64,000 nucleotides of DNA from Acidimicrobiia bacterium (GCA_031422675.1 JANPMG010000041.1:7166-71165), one strand, 5' to 3'. Positions 53,190-62,587 are shown, numbered from the stretch's first letter. The notes: a model not told the origin generated them from the letters alone. Numbers and translations are program-made.

Positions 53190-54338
53190 ATGCGCGAGCG
53201 ATTTCCCGGCGTGGGTCCGGACTGGGCGAGGTTCGACGGTCCGGCCGGAACCCAGATGGTGGACACCGCGATCGACGCGATGACCAACTTCCTCCGGTCG
53301 GGAGACAACGCCAACGGACACGGGTTCTTCGGCGCGTCGGCAGCGAGTACCCAGCTCGTCGACGATGCGCGCGCCACCGTCGGTCGGCTGCTCGGCGCCG
53401 ATCCCGGCGGCATCGTGTTCGGGGCGAACATGACCACGCTGACGTTCGCGATCACGCGTGCATTGGCCCGGACATGGGACGCCGGCGACGAGATCGTGGG
53501 CACCCGCCTCGATCACGACGCGAACGTCACGCCGTGGCAACTCGCCGCCGACGAGCGCAGTGCGCGCCTGATCCTCGCGCCGTTCGACGTGGAGACCGGA
53601 CGCCTCGATCCCGATGCCATCGTCGAACGCATCGGCCCGCGCACGAGGTGGGTGGCGATCACCGCAGCATCGAATGCGCTCGGCACGATGCCGGATCTGG
53701 GTCCGGTCATCGCGGCCGCGCACGCGCAGGGAGCGCGGGTGTTCGTCGACGGCGTCCATCTCGTTCCTCACGCGGGCGTGGACCTGCGAACACTCGGCTG
53801 CGACATCTTCGTCACCTCGCCGTACAAGTGGTACGGACCGCATGCGGGGGTGATGTGGATCACCCCCGACCTGCGCGATGCATTGAACCCGTACAAGGTC
53901 CGCCCGGCACCGGACATCGCGCCGGAACGGTTCGAGACCGGCACGGTGTCCTTCGAGGCCATCGCCGGGATCGGGGCCGCGGCCGCCTTCCTGCTCGAAA
54001 CGGGTCTCACCACCGTCGTCGACCACGAACGGGAGCGGTTCGCCCCGTTGTTGAGCGGGTTGGTCGGCCTTCCGCACGTGACCGTGCACGGCCCGACCGA
54101 TCTGGCGGCGCGCACGCCCACCGTCAGTTGGACCGTCAACGGTCACGAGCCCGACGCGGTGGCGGCCCATCTGGCCTCCCGGGCGGTGGCGGTCTGGAGC
54201 GGCAGCTACTACGCCGTCGAGACCATGGCCGCCCTGGGACTCAGCGGTACCGGCGCAGTCCGGGCCGGGGTGTCGTGCTACACGAGCGACGCCGACGTGA
54301 CGAGGCTGCTCCAGGCGGTCAGCGAGCTCGCCCCGTGA
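53190..54338 (+). CDS. cysteine desulfurase-like class V aminotransferase (VC1184 subfamily-like)
   Basis: FDGPAGTQ, LDHDANVTPW, D.VH..PH and the PLP-lysine motif SPYKWYGPHAG. Confidence 0.8.
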   Translation: MRERFPGVGPDWARFDGPAGTQMVDTAIDAMTNFLRSGDNANGHGFFGASAASTQLVDDARATVGRLLGADPGGIVFGANMTTLTFAITRALARTWDAGDEIVGTRLDHDANVTPWQLAADERSARLILAPFDVETGRLDPDAIVERIGPRTRWVAITAASNALGTMPDLGPVIAAAHAQGARVFVDGVHLVPHAGVDLRTLGCDIFVTSPYKWYGPHAGVMWITPDLRDALNPYKVRPAPDIAPERFETGTVSFEAIAGIGAAAAFLLETGLTTVVDHERERFAPLLSGLVGLPHVTVHGPTDLAARTPTVSWTVNGHEPDAVAAHLASRAVAVWSGSYYAVETMAALGLSGTGAVRAGVSCYTSDADVTRLLQAVSELAP

Positions 54339-54455
54339 CGATGGACGGCCACCCCGTGCCGGGCAGCCGATGAACGGGCGCCCGGACTGAACAAAGCGAA
54401 TCAGCGAGGGCGCCGGGTCCGGAACCGCGAGCCGGTCATCGGCTAAACCGTCGCG

Positions 54456-55193
54456 GTGTCGAGCGTCGGTTGGATCATCCTCAGCGTCCTCACCGTCGCG
54501 CTGCTCGGCGGGGCATTCGGCTGGTCCCGAACCCGCACCCAGGCCCGGGCGGTCGCCGCGGAACTCGAGACCGCGAAGCGCGCGCTGGAAGAAAGCCGAC
54601 GCGGGAGCGAGCACCTCGAGACCCGTATGCGCACGCTACGGGCGGAGTTGGCCGACGCCCACCGGACGAACGCCGATCTCACCGCGCGCATCGGCCGGAC
54701 TAATCCCGCCGAGACCAGTCGCGCGCTCGGCATGTGGGCCCTCGAACGCCACCGCCAGGCGCGCGTGGCGGGGACGCCCCTCCTGGGCCTCGCGATCGGC
54801 CCGGGCATCGATCTCACCGCCGGGCTGACCGAAGCACTGCGCGTCGAGCTCGAAGTACTCCGTGAGGAAGTGGGGACGCACGCCGAACTCGTGGCGGTCG
54901 ACCTCGAAGACGGAATCGATGCCCGCCACGCGCTCACGCTGCTTCGCATCGTCCAGGAACTGACCGCCACGCTGGCCAAGCGCGCCGACGAACTCAAGGT
55001 GACCGTCGGACGCGACGACGACCTCGCGGTGGTCACCGTCGCCGCTCTCGGCTGGACCGACGCGTCACCCAACATTGCTGCGTTCGAATCCGGACTCTCG
55101 GCGCTGGAAGGCACACTCGAGCTCCGGCCGGACTCCGAGGACGCGGACACACTCCTCGCCATCGCGCGTATCAGCACCGTCGATCCGCAGTAA
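54456..55193 (+). CDS. hypothetical membrane-anchored coiled-coil protein (245 aa)
   Basis: GTG start, an N-terminal TM helix (WIILSVLTVALLGGAFGW), then Ala/Arg/Glu/Leu-rich helical sequence. Confidence 0.6.
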   Translation: MSSVGWIILSVLTVALLGGAFGWSRTRTQARAVAAELETAKRALEESRRGSEHLETRMRTLRAELADAHRTNADLTARIGRTNPAETSRALGMWALERHRQARVAGTPLLGLAIGPGIDLTAGLTEALRVELEVLREEVGTHAELVAVDLEDGIDARHALTLLRIVQELTATLAKRADELKVTVGRDDDLAVVTVAALGWTDASPNIAAFESGLSALEGTLELRPDSEDADTLLAIARISTVDPQ

Positions 55194-55225
55194 CCACCGG
55201 CGCACCTCACCCCTTGGGAGCGACC

Positions 55226-56125
55226 ATGGCGAACGCCACACCGGAGCGATCCCGGATCGACGATCTGATCGCGCCCTTTCGCATCGACGCGCCGAAATCG
55301 TTCGACCTCTCGCAGCGCGATCCGGCCGACACCGGCGGCGTCAAGAACAAGCGAGCGGCGGCAACCCGATTGACCGAGGGCGCCGAGCGGCTCGCCGAAC
55401 TCCAGACTCGACTCGCCGCGCAGCAGACCTTCGGCGTGTTGATGGTGCTCCAAGCCCTCGACGCGGCCGGTAAGGACGGGGCGATCCGCCACGTGATGCG
55501 TGGTCTGAACCCTCAGGGCGTTCGCGTCGTCTCGTTCAAGGCCCCGTCCCACGACGAGCTCGCGCACCACTTCCTCTGGCGCACCACTCGGGATCTCCCG
55601 CGACGGGGCGAGATCGGCATCTTCAACCGGTCCCATTATGAGGAAGTCCTCGTCGTGCGGGTCCATCCCGAGTTCCTGGCCGCGCAGCACCTGCCCCCCA
55701 CTGCAACGACCGACACCGTGTGGAAACGCCGGTTCCGCGAGATCAACGACTGGGAACGAACCCTCGTCGACAACGGATTCCCGATCGTGAAGATCTTCCT
55801 GCACATGTCGAAGGACGAACAAAGGCGCCGTTTGCTCGCACGGATCGACGAGCCGGCGAAGAACTGGAAGTTCTCGCAGCTCGACGTCCACGAGCGCGAG
55901 TCCTGGGACGACTACCAACTTGCGTATCAGGACATGATCCGTGCCACGAGCACCAAGGCGGCACCGTGGTACGTCGTGCCGGCGGATCAGAAGTGGTTCG
56001 CACGCCTCGTGATCGCCGAGGCGCTGACCGCGACCCTGCTCGACATCAACCCGCAGTATCCGACGATGTCGCCGGCGCAGTTGGCCGATCTCGCCGCCGC
56101 CCGGACCCAGCTCGCAGCCGACTGA
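55226..56125 (+). CDS. ppk2: polyphosphate kinase 2 family protein
   Basis: LQALDAAGKDG (Walker A-like), FNRSHYEEV and the lid motifs of PPK2. ATG 55226 is preceded by GGGAG. The ORF is open from TTG 55214. Confidence 0.9.
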   Translation: MANATPERSRIDDLIAPFRIDAPKSFDLSQRDPADTGGVKNKRAAATRLTEGAERLAELQTRLAAQQTFGVLMVLQALDAAGKDGAIRHVMRGLNPQGVRVVSFKAPSHDELAHHFLWRTTRDLPRRGEIGIFNRSHYEEVLVVRVHPEFLAAQHLPPTATTDTVWKRRFREINDWERTLVDNGFPIVKIFLHMSKDEQRRRLLARIDEPAKNWKFSQLDVHERESWDDYQLAYQDMIRATSTKAAPWYVVPADQKWFARLVIAEALTATLLDINPQYPTMSPAQLADLAAARTQLAAD

Positions 56126-56164
56126 CCGATCGCCCGCGCGGGTTCGTGGCCTGCTCGGGCGCAG

Positions 56165-56332
56165 CTACGCGGCGCGAGCCGCGCGAGCTTCGAGCTGCGC
56201 CACCTGGATTTCGAGCTGCGCGACCTGGGCGTCGACGCGAGCTCGGGCGCTGATCACGTCGGACACGTTGTCCAGCGCGCCGCGCCCTCCGAGCCGGCCG
56301 AGCAGAACGGGGAGCACTGCGAATCGAGGCAT
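56165..56332 (-). CDS. small hypothetical protein (55 aa, MPRFAVLPVLLGRLGG...QLEIQVAQLEARAARAA)
   Basis: It is below the ORF-track length cutoff. A strong AAGGAG lies 6 nt upstream of the ATG, and third positions are G/C-rich. It has a hydrophobic N-terminus and a heptad-like C-terminus. Confidence 0.45.
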   Translation of the reverse strand: MPRFAVLPVLLGRLGGRGALDNVSDVISARARVDAQVAQLEIQVAQLEARAARAA

Positions 56333-56544
56333 CGGGTCTCCTTGGGGTCATTGGTGCGAGCGGTCCGTTTGCTGATGCCGACATCATCGAGGAGCCAGAT
56401 CGCAACGACATCACCTCCAGCCGTCCGCGACGCGAACAGCAGGTGACATCTCACTGACACGGTTGACCGCGAGCCATTTCGTAGGCTCGCACCATCGAAT
56501 CGTCGACGGGCAGGCCCCCGGTCACCCGAACCCGTTCACTGGTC

Positions 56545-58731
56545 GTGGGCGCGCTCGTTGCGGCAGTGCTGTCGTCGGTGGCCATCGGCGTGGTGACCCA
56601 CATCTGGGACCAGCCGCTGCACGTCCCGTTCCAGTACGCGCACGCGCCGGGCGACGACGAGGCTGACGCCACCCTCGATCTGATGCTGATCAAGAACATG
56701 CACGAGACCGGCTGGTTCAACCACAACCCGAAGCTCAACGCGCCGTTCGAGCAGCAGTGGGCCGAATGGCCGATGGGCGGGGATCTGCTCAGCTACACGA
56801 TCAAGAAGGGAATCCTCGCGGTCACCGACGACGTGCCCCTGACCTTCAATCTCTTCTGGCTCCTCACGTTCCCACTCACCGCGCTGGCCGCCTTCCCGGC
56901 GCTGCGGGCGCTGCGCGTCTCGTGGGCGGCGGCGGTCGTCGGCGCAGTGCTGTTCTCGCTGGCGCCGTACCACTTCCGCAACGGTGCCGGCCACCAGAAC
57001 CTCGCCTTCTACGTCGGCATCCCGACCATCGTGCTGATCTGCATGAAGATCCTGGGGCCCGACGGCGCGCTGCCCACCCTGAGCGACCTCCGTCACCGCT
57101 CCGGCTGGCGGCGCATCCGCTGGCTCATCCTCGGGGTCGTGCTCGTCGGCGTGACCGGGATCTACTACCTCGCCTTCCTCCTCGCGCTGGTCGCGATCTG
57201 TGCCATCGTCGGCGCGATCGCCCGCCGGGCACCGGGACGGCTCGCGATCGCGCTGGGGTTCGGCGCCGTGGGGCTGGTCACGTCGGCACTCGCGAACCTG
57301 CCGACCCTCGCGTTCCGATGGAGCCACGCGGCCAACCTGCTCGGGGTTCCCGACCGACGGCCGGGCGTTTCGGAGGCGTACCCCCTCCGGCTCGTGGAGC
57401 TGCTGAGTCCGGTCACCCAACATCGGTTCGGCCCGTTCGCCTGGTTCGCGGACCAGGTCTACGCGCCGAAACAACGCGGCTTCGCCACCGCGATGCTGGG
57501 ACTGGCGGCGACGATCGGGCTCGTGGCGGCGATCGCCGCGCTGCTCGTCCGCGCCGCTCGACGATCACGGGTGACGGGTTGGTCGTTCGAAGCGCGGCTC
57601 GGCATCGTGATCCTCACGGCGTTCTTCGTGGGTTCCGGCGGCGGTATCAACCGTGCGCTCGAACTCACCGGCCTCAGCGGGGTGCGGGCGTGGACCCGCA
57701 TCGGCATCGTGATCTCGTTCGCGAGCATCGTGGTATTCGCACGACTCCTCGATCGCCTGCGAGTCACGCTCACCCGCCGGTCGCGCGCGCGGGCGAGCAT
57801 CACGTGGGCCACCGCGCTGAGCCTGATCGTCGTCGTCGGGCTCCTCGATCAGGCGTCGCCCGCGCTCATACCCAAGCCGCGGGAGGCGCAGTGGCGGGCG
57901 GACCAACGCTTCACCGCCACGCTCGAGCGGCAGCTGCCTCCCAACGCGATGGTGTTCCAACTTCCCGTCGTCGATTTCCCCGAGCACGGCGCCACCCTCG
58001 ACATGTCGGCGCACGACCACATCAAGCAGGGCTACCTTCACTCGCGAACGCTCCGGTGGAGCGCCGGCGGCATCCGGGGCCGCAGCGGCGAGTGGCAGTG
58101 GCCCGCCGCGCGGCTGCGCACCCGAACGCTGGTCCGGGGTTTGAGTGCGCTCGGCTTCTCCGCAGTGATGCTCAACCGAGAGGGTTCCGCGGCATTCGGC
58201 GCGGATCGGGTGGACGCGCTGAACCGCCTGCTCGGCCCGCCCATCGCACGCGGTCGAGACCACGCGCTCGCGTGGAGCCTCGAGCCGTCACGGCGAACGT
58301 TGGCCGCCGAAACGAGCGCATCCGATCGGCGGGCGATTGTCCGTCGGCTGCTGCACGCGCCGCGCGTGTATCTCTCCACCGACGTCGATCCGATCCGGAA
58401 CCGGGGTGCGACCCAACCGGTCTGCCGCACCGCGCAGCTCATCTTCGTGAACCCAGGGAGGACGAAGCGGCGCGTCACCCTCCAACTCAACGTGACGCCG
58501 AACGGCGACATCGACCCACGCGGCCGCCTCCGCTTCCGCGGCGAATCGATCCCGATCGCCGTCGGCCAGCGTGCTGCTACCGGCGCCCGGAACCCGTCGA
58601 AGCCCAAGATCGAGCTCGTGCTCCCCGCCGGCGAGACGCGCGCGGAGGTGAAGTTCCGCCCGCATGATGTTCGCTGCGCCTCGGCCCAGTTCGACCAACT
58701 GACCACGGTCTCGGTCTCACTCCGCCCCTGA
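56545..58731 (+). CDS. large polytopic membrane protein with a C-terminal extracytoplasmic domain (possible GT-C-like glycosyltransferase)
   Basis: 728 aa. About 10 TM helices occupy the first 420 aa, with a conserved-looking loop NMHETGWFNHNPKLNAPF. The family assignment is tentative. Confidence 0.6.
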   Translation: MGALVAAVLSSVAIGVVTHIWDQPLHVPFQYAHAPGDDEADATLDLMLIKNMHETGWFNHNPKLNAPFEQQWAEWPMGGDLLSYTIKKGILAVTDDVPLTFNLFWLLTFPLTALAAFPALRALRVSWAAAVVGAVLFSLAPYHFRNGAGHQNLAFYVGIPTIVLICMKILGPDGALPTLSDLRHRSGWRRIRWLILGVVLVGVTGIYYLAFLLALVAICAIVGAIARRAPGRLAIALGFGAVGLVTSALANLPTLAFRWSHAANLLGVPDRRPGVSEAYPLRLVELLSPVTQHRFGPFAWFADQVYAPKQRGFATAMLGLAATIGLVAAIAALLVRAARRSRVTGWSFEARLGIVILTAFFVGSGGGINRALELTGLSGVRAWTRIGIVISFASIVVFARLLDRLRVTLTRRSRARASITWATALSLIVVVGLLDQASPALIPKPREAQWRADQRFTATLERQLPPNAMVFQLPVVDFPEHGATLDMSAHDHIKQGYLHSRTLRWSAGGIRGRSGEWQWPAARLRTRTLVRGLSALGFSAVMLNREGSAAFGADRVDALNRLLGPPIARGRDHALAWSLEPSRRTLAAETSASDRRAIVRRLLHAPRVYLSTDVDPIRNRGATQPVCRTAQLIFVNPGRTKRRVTLQLNVTPNGDIDPRGRLRFRGESIPIAVGQRAATGARNPSKPKIELVLPAGETRAEVKFRPHDVRCASAQFDQLTTVSVSLRP

Positions 58732-58738
58732 TCTTCCG

Positions 58739-58770
58739 CTCTTGGCCCTGCGGGCCGGGCCGCTCGGGCC
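58739..58770 (-). repeat. Third copy (31/32 identical) of the serA-upstream element: minus strand GGCCCGAGCGGCCCGGCCCGCAGGGCCAAGAG
   Basis: Compared base by base with 24435-24466 (GGCCCGACCGGCCCGGCCCGCAGGGCCAAGAG). It contains the GGCCC-GCA-GGGCC hairpin. Confidence 0.85.
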
Positions 58771-58843
58771 ACGCTCGCTGGGCCATCGACTCGAAACCCA
58801 CGTGCGCATCCCGCTCGCTCTCGCTTCCCGGCCGGCCCGCCGT

Positions 58844-60166
58844 TCAACCGTGGCAGTGCTTCGTCTTGCGGCCGCTTCCGCACGGGCACGGGTCGTTCCG
58901 GCCCGCGGCGGCGAAGGCCGCCATCACCTCGCCGGCGTGACCGCCGTGGCGGAGTCGATCCACCATGAGCGCCATCACCCCGTCGATGTGGGTGAAGAAG
59001 TGGAGGTAACCGGCGCAGAGGTGGTTCAGACCGACCTCCCCGGTCGCGGTACGGGCCACCCGATTCTTCGGGCACTCACCGCGGCACGCGAACAGCACCG
59101 CGCAGTCACGACACTGTTGGGGCAAAGTGTCACGCTTCGCGGCACCGAACGCCCGCTGTTGCGGCGATGCCATCAATGCCACCATGTGGGATTCGGTGAT
59201 GTTGCCGAGCAGGTGCGCCGGGTCGACGAAGTGATCGCACGAGTACAGATCCCCGTTGTGTTCGAGGGCCACCGCGTTCCCGCAGGTCTCGGAGAAGATG
59301 CAGAGCGCCGGAGCCGCGCCGTACCAGGACGCCAACGCAGCATCGAACATCTGCACGAAGACCTCCCCCACGTCGCGTCGCACCCACTCGTCGAAGATCG
59401 TGGTGAGGAACCGGCCCCATGCTGCGGGCGACACGGACCGATCCGTCAGCTCGTCGCCGGACTCGTCGACGCGTTCGACGATCGGGATGAACTGCATGAA
59501 CCGCGCCCCGAGATCGTCCCGGAAGAAGCGATAGACGGCAAGCGGGGCATCCTGGTTCGCCGCGTGCACCGTGCACAGCACGTTCCATTCCACGCCCGCG
59601 CGGGTGAGCCGTTCCAGTCCGGTCCGGACTCGTGCGAAGGTGGCGCGACCCTGCTTGTCCACGCGGTACACGTCGTGCAACTCCGGCGGACCGTCGATAC
59701 TGATCCCCACCAAGAACTGCTTCTCGCGGAGGAACGCGCACCATTCGTCGGTGAGCAGGGTCCCGTTGGTCTGGATCGTGTGGTGCAGTTGTTGGCCCGG
59801 CCGCGCGCACGCCTCCGCGTACGCGACCGCCCGTCGGAAGAAATCGAGGCCCATGAGCGTCGGCTCCCCGCCTTGCCACGCGATGGTGACCTCGGGCGTG
59901 AGCTGGGACTCGATGACTTGGCGGATATAGGTCTCGAGCACAGGGTCGGACATCCGGAACCGGTCGCCGGGGTACAGCGCTTCCTTCTCGAGAAAGAAGC
60001 AGTACGAGCAATCGAGATTGCAGATTGGACCGGACGGCTTGGCGAGGACATGAAACCCGGGGGGCGCCGTCGGCGGTCGATCGGCCGGAAGTTCAGGGGC
60101 CGGGCGTGCAGGGCCCGGGAGTTCGGGTGCCGGGCGCCGACCGACGGCGATCGGGACCTCCACCAT
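58844..60166 (-). CDS. radical SAM/SPASM enzyme, anaerobic sulfatase-maturating enzyme-like, with a C-terminal SEC-C motif
   Basis: CNLDCSYCF (CX3CX2C), GGEPTL and the SPASM cysteines CGNAVALEHNGDLYSCDH...CRDCAVLFACRGECPKNR. The tail is CPCGSGRKTKHCHG. ATG at 60166. The rest of track ORF 58844..60931 is spurious. Confidence 0.85.
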   Translation of the reverse strand: MVEVPIAVGRRPAPELPGPARPAPELPADRPPTAPPGFHVLAKPSGPICNLDCSYCFFLEKEALYPGDRFRMSDPVLETYIRQVIESQLTPEVTIAWQGGEPTLMGLDFFRRAVAYAEACARPGQQLHHTIQTNGTLLTDEWCAFLREKQFLVGISIDGPPELHDVYRVDKQGRATFARVRTGLERLTRAGVEWNVLCTVHAANQDAPLAVYRFFRDDLGARFMQFIPIVERVDESGDELTDRSVSPAAWGRFLTTIFDEWVRRDVGEVFVQMFDAALASWYGAAPALCIFSETCGNAVALEHNGDLYSCDHFVDPAHLLGNITESHMVALMASPQQRAFGAAKRDTLPQQCRDCAVLFACRGECPKNRVARTATGEVGLNHLCAGYLHFFTHIDGVMALMVDRLRHGGHAGEVMAAFAAAGRNDPCPCGSGRKTKHCHG

Positions 60167-60177
60167 GGCGCCGGACT

Positions 60178-61116
60178 CTAGATCGAACCGCCGCCGGCAC
60201 TCCCGGCCGGAAGGTTTCGCAGGTCGAGTGGGTAGCGGTCCTGACCTTCGGGCACGGCGCCGGCGAACGCGAAGACCATCGTCTGGGTCCCGTACGCGAC
60301 GAGCCCGGCTTCGGGATCCCACAGTTCGATCTCCACCGACGCGTACCCGTCCGCGGCCCGCCGGGCGAAGTTCCGAGTCAGGAGGTACTCCGAGCGCGCG
60401 GAACCGGTGATGTGGACGGTGAGATCGGCGCTCGGCCCGTACCAGTCGTGCGCGATCGGCTGACCCATCCGCTGCGCGACGGCGCCCGGCATCATGTCGC
60501 ACAAGCAGACGAGCGCCAGTGGGTCGATGCTGCCGTCGGGCTCGCGCGGCGTCTCGTCGAATCGCTGCAAATTTTGACGCTCGCTCGTGGTCGGGATGTA
60601 GTCCTCCCACGGCGGGTTGCCCACCACCGGGCGCCCCTCGATGTGATGCTCCCAGATCGGGAACGGCGCGAAGTCTTCTTCCCACTCCACACCGTCGGGC
60701 AGGCCGTCGCGAAACCGCGGGAGCGACTCTGGATCTGGGAACGCGGGTGGCGTGACATCGGTGAACTCGAACCCGGGCCGAGATCGGCCGAACACCGCAA
60801 TCGCGCTCAGCCCGGCCGCGCGCCCCGGCGTGCGCATGGTGGCGGCCACTTGGGCAACCGACCGGCCTTGGCGCAACACGGTGACGTCGATCTCGGCGCG
60901 CCCGGCTTCCACCGGTTCGGCGAAGACACACGACACCGACCGCAACGCCAGCGAGTCATCGAGGGCGGCGCCCATCGCCCGCGTTGCCGTGGCCAGCGAG
61001 ATACCGCCCTGGGGGACGGTCGGTGCGGACCACGTGACCGGCAGATCCGCTAGAAACCGGCCCGGGACTGCCGGGTCGGCCACGACGGACGAATCGCGTT
61101 GAAACGCAGAAGCCAT
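60178..61116 (-). CDS. acyl-CoA thioesterase II-like (double hotdog) protein
   Basis: 312 aa. PQGGISLATATRAM...VLRQGRSVAQVAATM and the C-terminal half YASVEIELWDPEAGLVAYGTQTMVF are typical of the TesB-like family. Confidence 0.7.
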   Translation of the reverse strand: MASAFQRDSSVVADPAVPGRFLADLPVTWSAPTVPQGGISLATATRAMGAALDDSLALRSVSCVFAEPVEAGRAEIDVTVLRQGRSVAQVAATMRTPGRAAGLSAIAVFGRSRPGFEFTDVTPPAFPDPESLPRFRDGLPDGVEWEEDFAPFPIWEHHIEGRPVVGNPPWEDYIPTTSERQNLQRFDETPREPDGSIDPLALVCLCDMMPGAVAQRMGQPIAHDWYGPSADLTVHITGSARSEYLLTRNFARRAADGYASVEIELWDPEAGLVAYGTQTMVFAFAGAVPEGQDRYPLDLRNLPAGSAGGGSI

Positions 61117-61220
61117 GCACTGAGCCTGACCGAGTGCGCCACCCGCTCGCCAACGGTTTTCGTCAGCGAGGCGAGCGGCGCACCGGCCATTCTGGTGTGG
61201 CCCGTTCTGGTGTGGCGTGA

Positions 61221-62003
61221 TCAGTCGTCGTTCGAATCCCCGCTGCGGCCCGAACCCGAACCACTCGAACCCGAACCACTCGAGTCGTCGTCGTCGCTGT
61301 CGGAGTCATCAGCGTCGTCATCGGAATCGTCATCGGGTGACGACGTGGGCGACGTACCCGGGCCGTCGTCGTCGGCGGAGTCATCGGAGTCGGAATCGTC
61401 GTCGGAATCGTCGTCACCATGGGTCGACCCGGGTCCGGAGTTGTCCTGACCGTGGTCGTCGTTGTCCTCGGCGTCGTCGATTCCGTCACCGCCCGGCGTC
61501 GAACCGGGGACGGCGGAATCGGTGGCCAGTGTGGTGGTCGTGGTGGCCGGATCGTCGGACCGGCGGTCTTCGCCCGTGTCGTCCGATCCGGTGTCGTCCG
61601 AGTCGGTGGAGTTCTCGTCGGTGTCGTCGTCCGGGACGTCCAACCCCACGCGTGCGAGCGTGCTGTGGGCCACTCGCTGCACGGGACCCGGCAGGTTGCC
61701 GGTCGCGGCGGCGGCGCCCGACGCGCCGATGAGGATCACTCCGGCCGCGGCCGCGGCCTTCATGGTGAGCAACTTTCCGATCATGGGGGACCTCCGTTGA
61801 CGGGACGGGCCGGATTGGTCCGTCGCTCGGCGTGCGACTCGGGCGAGTGCTTCGAAATCCATCTCGGGCACCGGCCCCGGAACGGCAGCCGCGGCAAGCA
61901 CCGAGGCGACTGCTCCGTATCCCGGTGGCGCGTCCGGCGCCGGTACCGCTCCGGAGAGCAGGCGTTCGGCGGTGCCGGCATCGAGGAAGTCGTCGTGAGT
62001 CAT
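61221..62003 (-). CDS. single-pass membrane protein with an extremely Asp/Ser-rich C-terminal region; putative anti-sigma factor
   Basis: There is a 4-nt overlap with the upstream ECF sigma gene. A TM helix (KAAAAAGVILIGASGAAAA) is followed by about 150 aa dominated by D, S, G and T. Confidence 0.65.
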   Translation of the reverse strand: MTHDDFLDAGTAERLLSGAVPAPDAPPGYGAVASVLAAAAVPGPVPEMDFEALARVARRATDQSGPSRQRRSPMIGKLLTMKAAAAAGVILIGASGAAAATGNLPGPVQRVAHSTLARVGLDVPDDDTDENSTDSDDTGSDDTGEDRRSDDPATTTTTLATDSAVPGSTPGGDGIDDAEDNDDHGQDNSGPGSTHGDDDSDDDSDSDDSADDDGPGTSPTSSPDDDSDDDADDSDSDDDDSSGSGSSGSGSGRSGDSNDD

Positions 62004-62587
62004 GGCACCCCAGAAATCCCCGGCCCGAGTCCTCGCGTTACAGACGCGCGGGAAAAATGTTCGGCGAGGGCCGTGAGTCCGCGGTGGGAGAGCACCCGGA
62101 TGTGGCCGGGCGCCAGATCGAGCACCTGCGCCACCTCGTCGACGGGCAGTCCCGCCACCACGCGCATCAACACCACGTCGGCCTGGACCGGCGGCAGCAC
62201 CGCACCGATCAGCTCGACGGCGTCGGCGAAGCTGAGTGCGGCCAGCACCTCATCTTCCGGATCCGCCGACGCGACCGTCGTGGGGAGGATGGCGGGATCG
62301 TGCGGTTCGGACCAGTCCCGGCCCTGACGGCGGAACTCGTTGAGCATCCGTCGGCGCACGATGGTGAACAACCACGCGCGGAAACCTGCCTCGTCACCGA
62401 CGAACCGACCGATGCCGCGCGCCACGTCGAGCCACACCGAGGAAGCCACGTCCTCCGCATCGTTCGGGACCCGACCGCGCAGGAAACCGAGGACCCCCGG
62501 TGCGAACTCGCGGTACAGCGAGGCAAAGCCCGATTCTTCGCCGGCCTGCGCGGCCGCGAGGACCTCAGGAAACTTGTCTCCGCCCAC
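62000..62587 (-). CDS. ECF-type RNA polymerase sigma factor
   Basis: Region 2 (FASLYREFAPGVLGFLRGRV...AEDVASSVWLDV) and region 4 (LPVDEVAQVLDLAPGHIRVLSHRGL). Confidence 0.9.
   Translation of the reverse strand: MGGDKFPEVLAAAQAGEESGFASLYREFAPGVLGFLRGRVPNDAEDVASSVWLDVARGIGRFVGDEAGFRAWLFTIVRRRMLNEFRRQGRDWSEPHDPAILPTTVASADPEDEVLAALSFADAVELIGAVLPPVQADVVLMRVVAGLPVDEVAQVLDLAPGHIRVLSHRGLTALAEHFSRASVTRGLGPGISGVP

Noticed and set aside
58844-60931. A 695-aa version of the radical SAM ORF
   Set aside because: The N-terminal 255 codons are Arg-rich. They overlap the well-supported thioesterase gene in another frame. The radical SAM homology begins just after ATG 60166.
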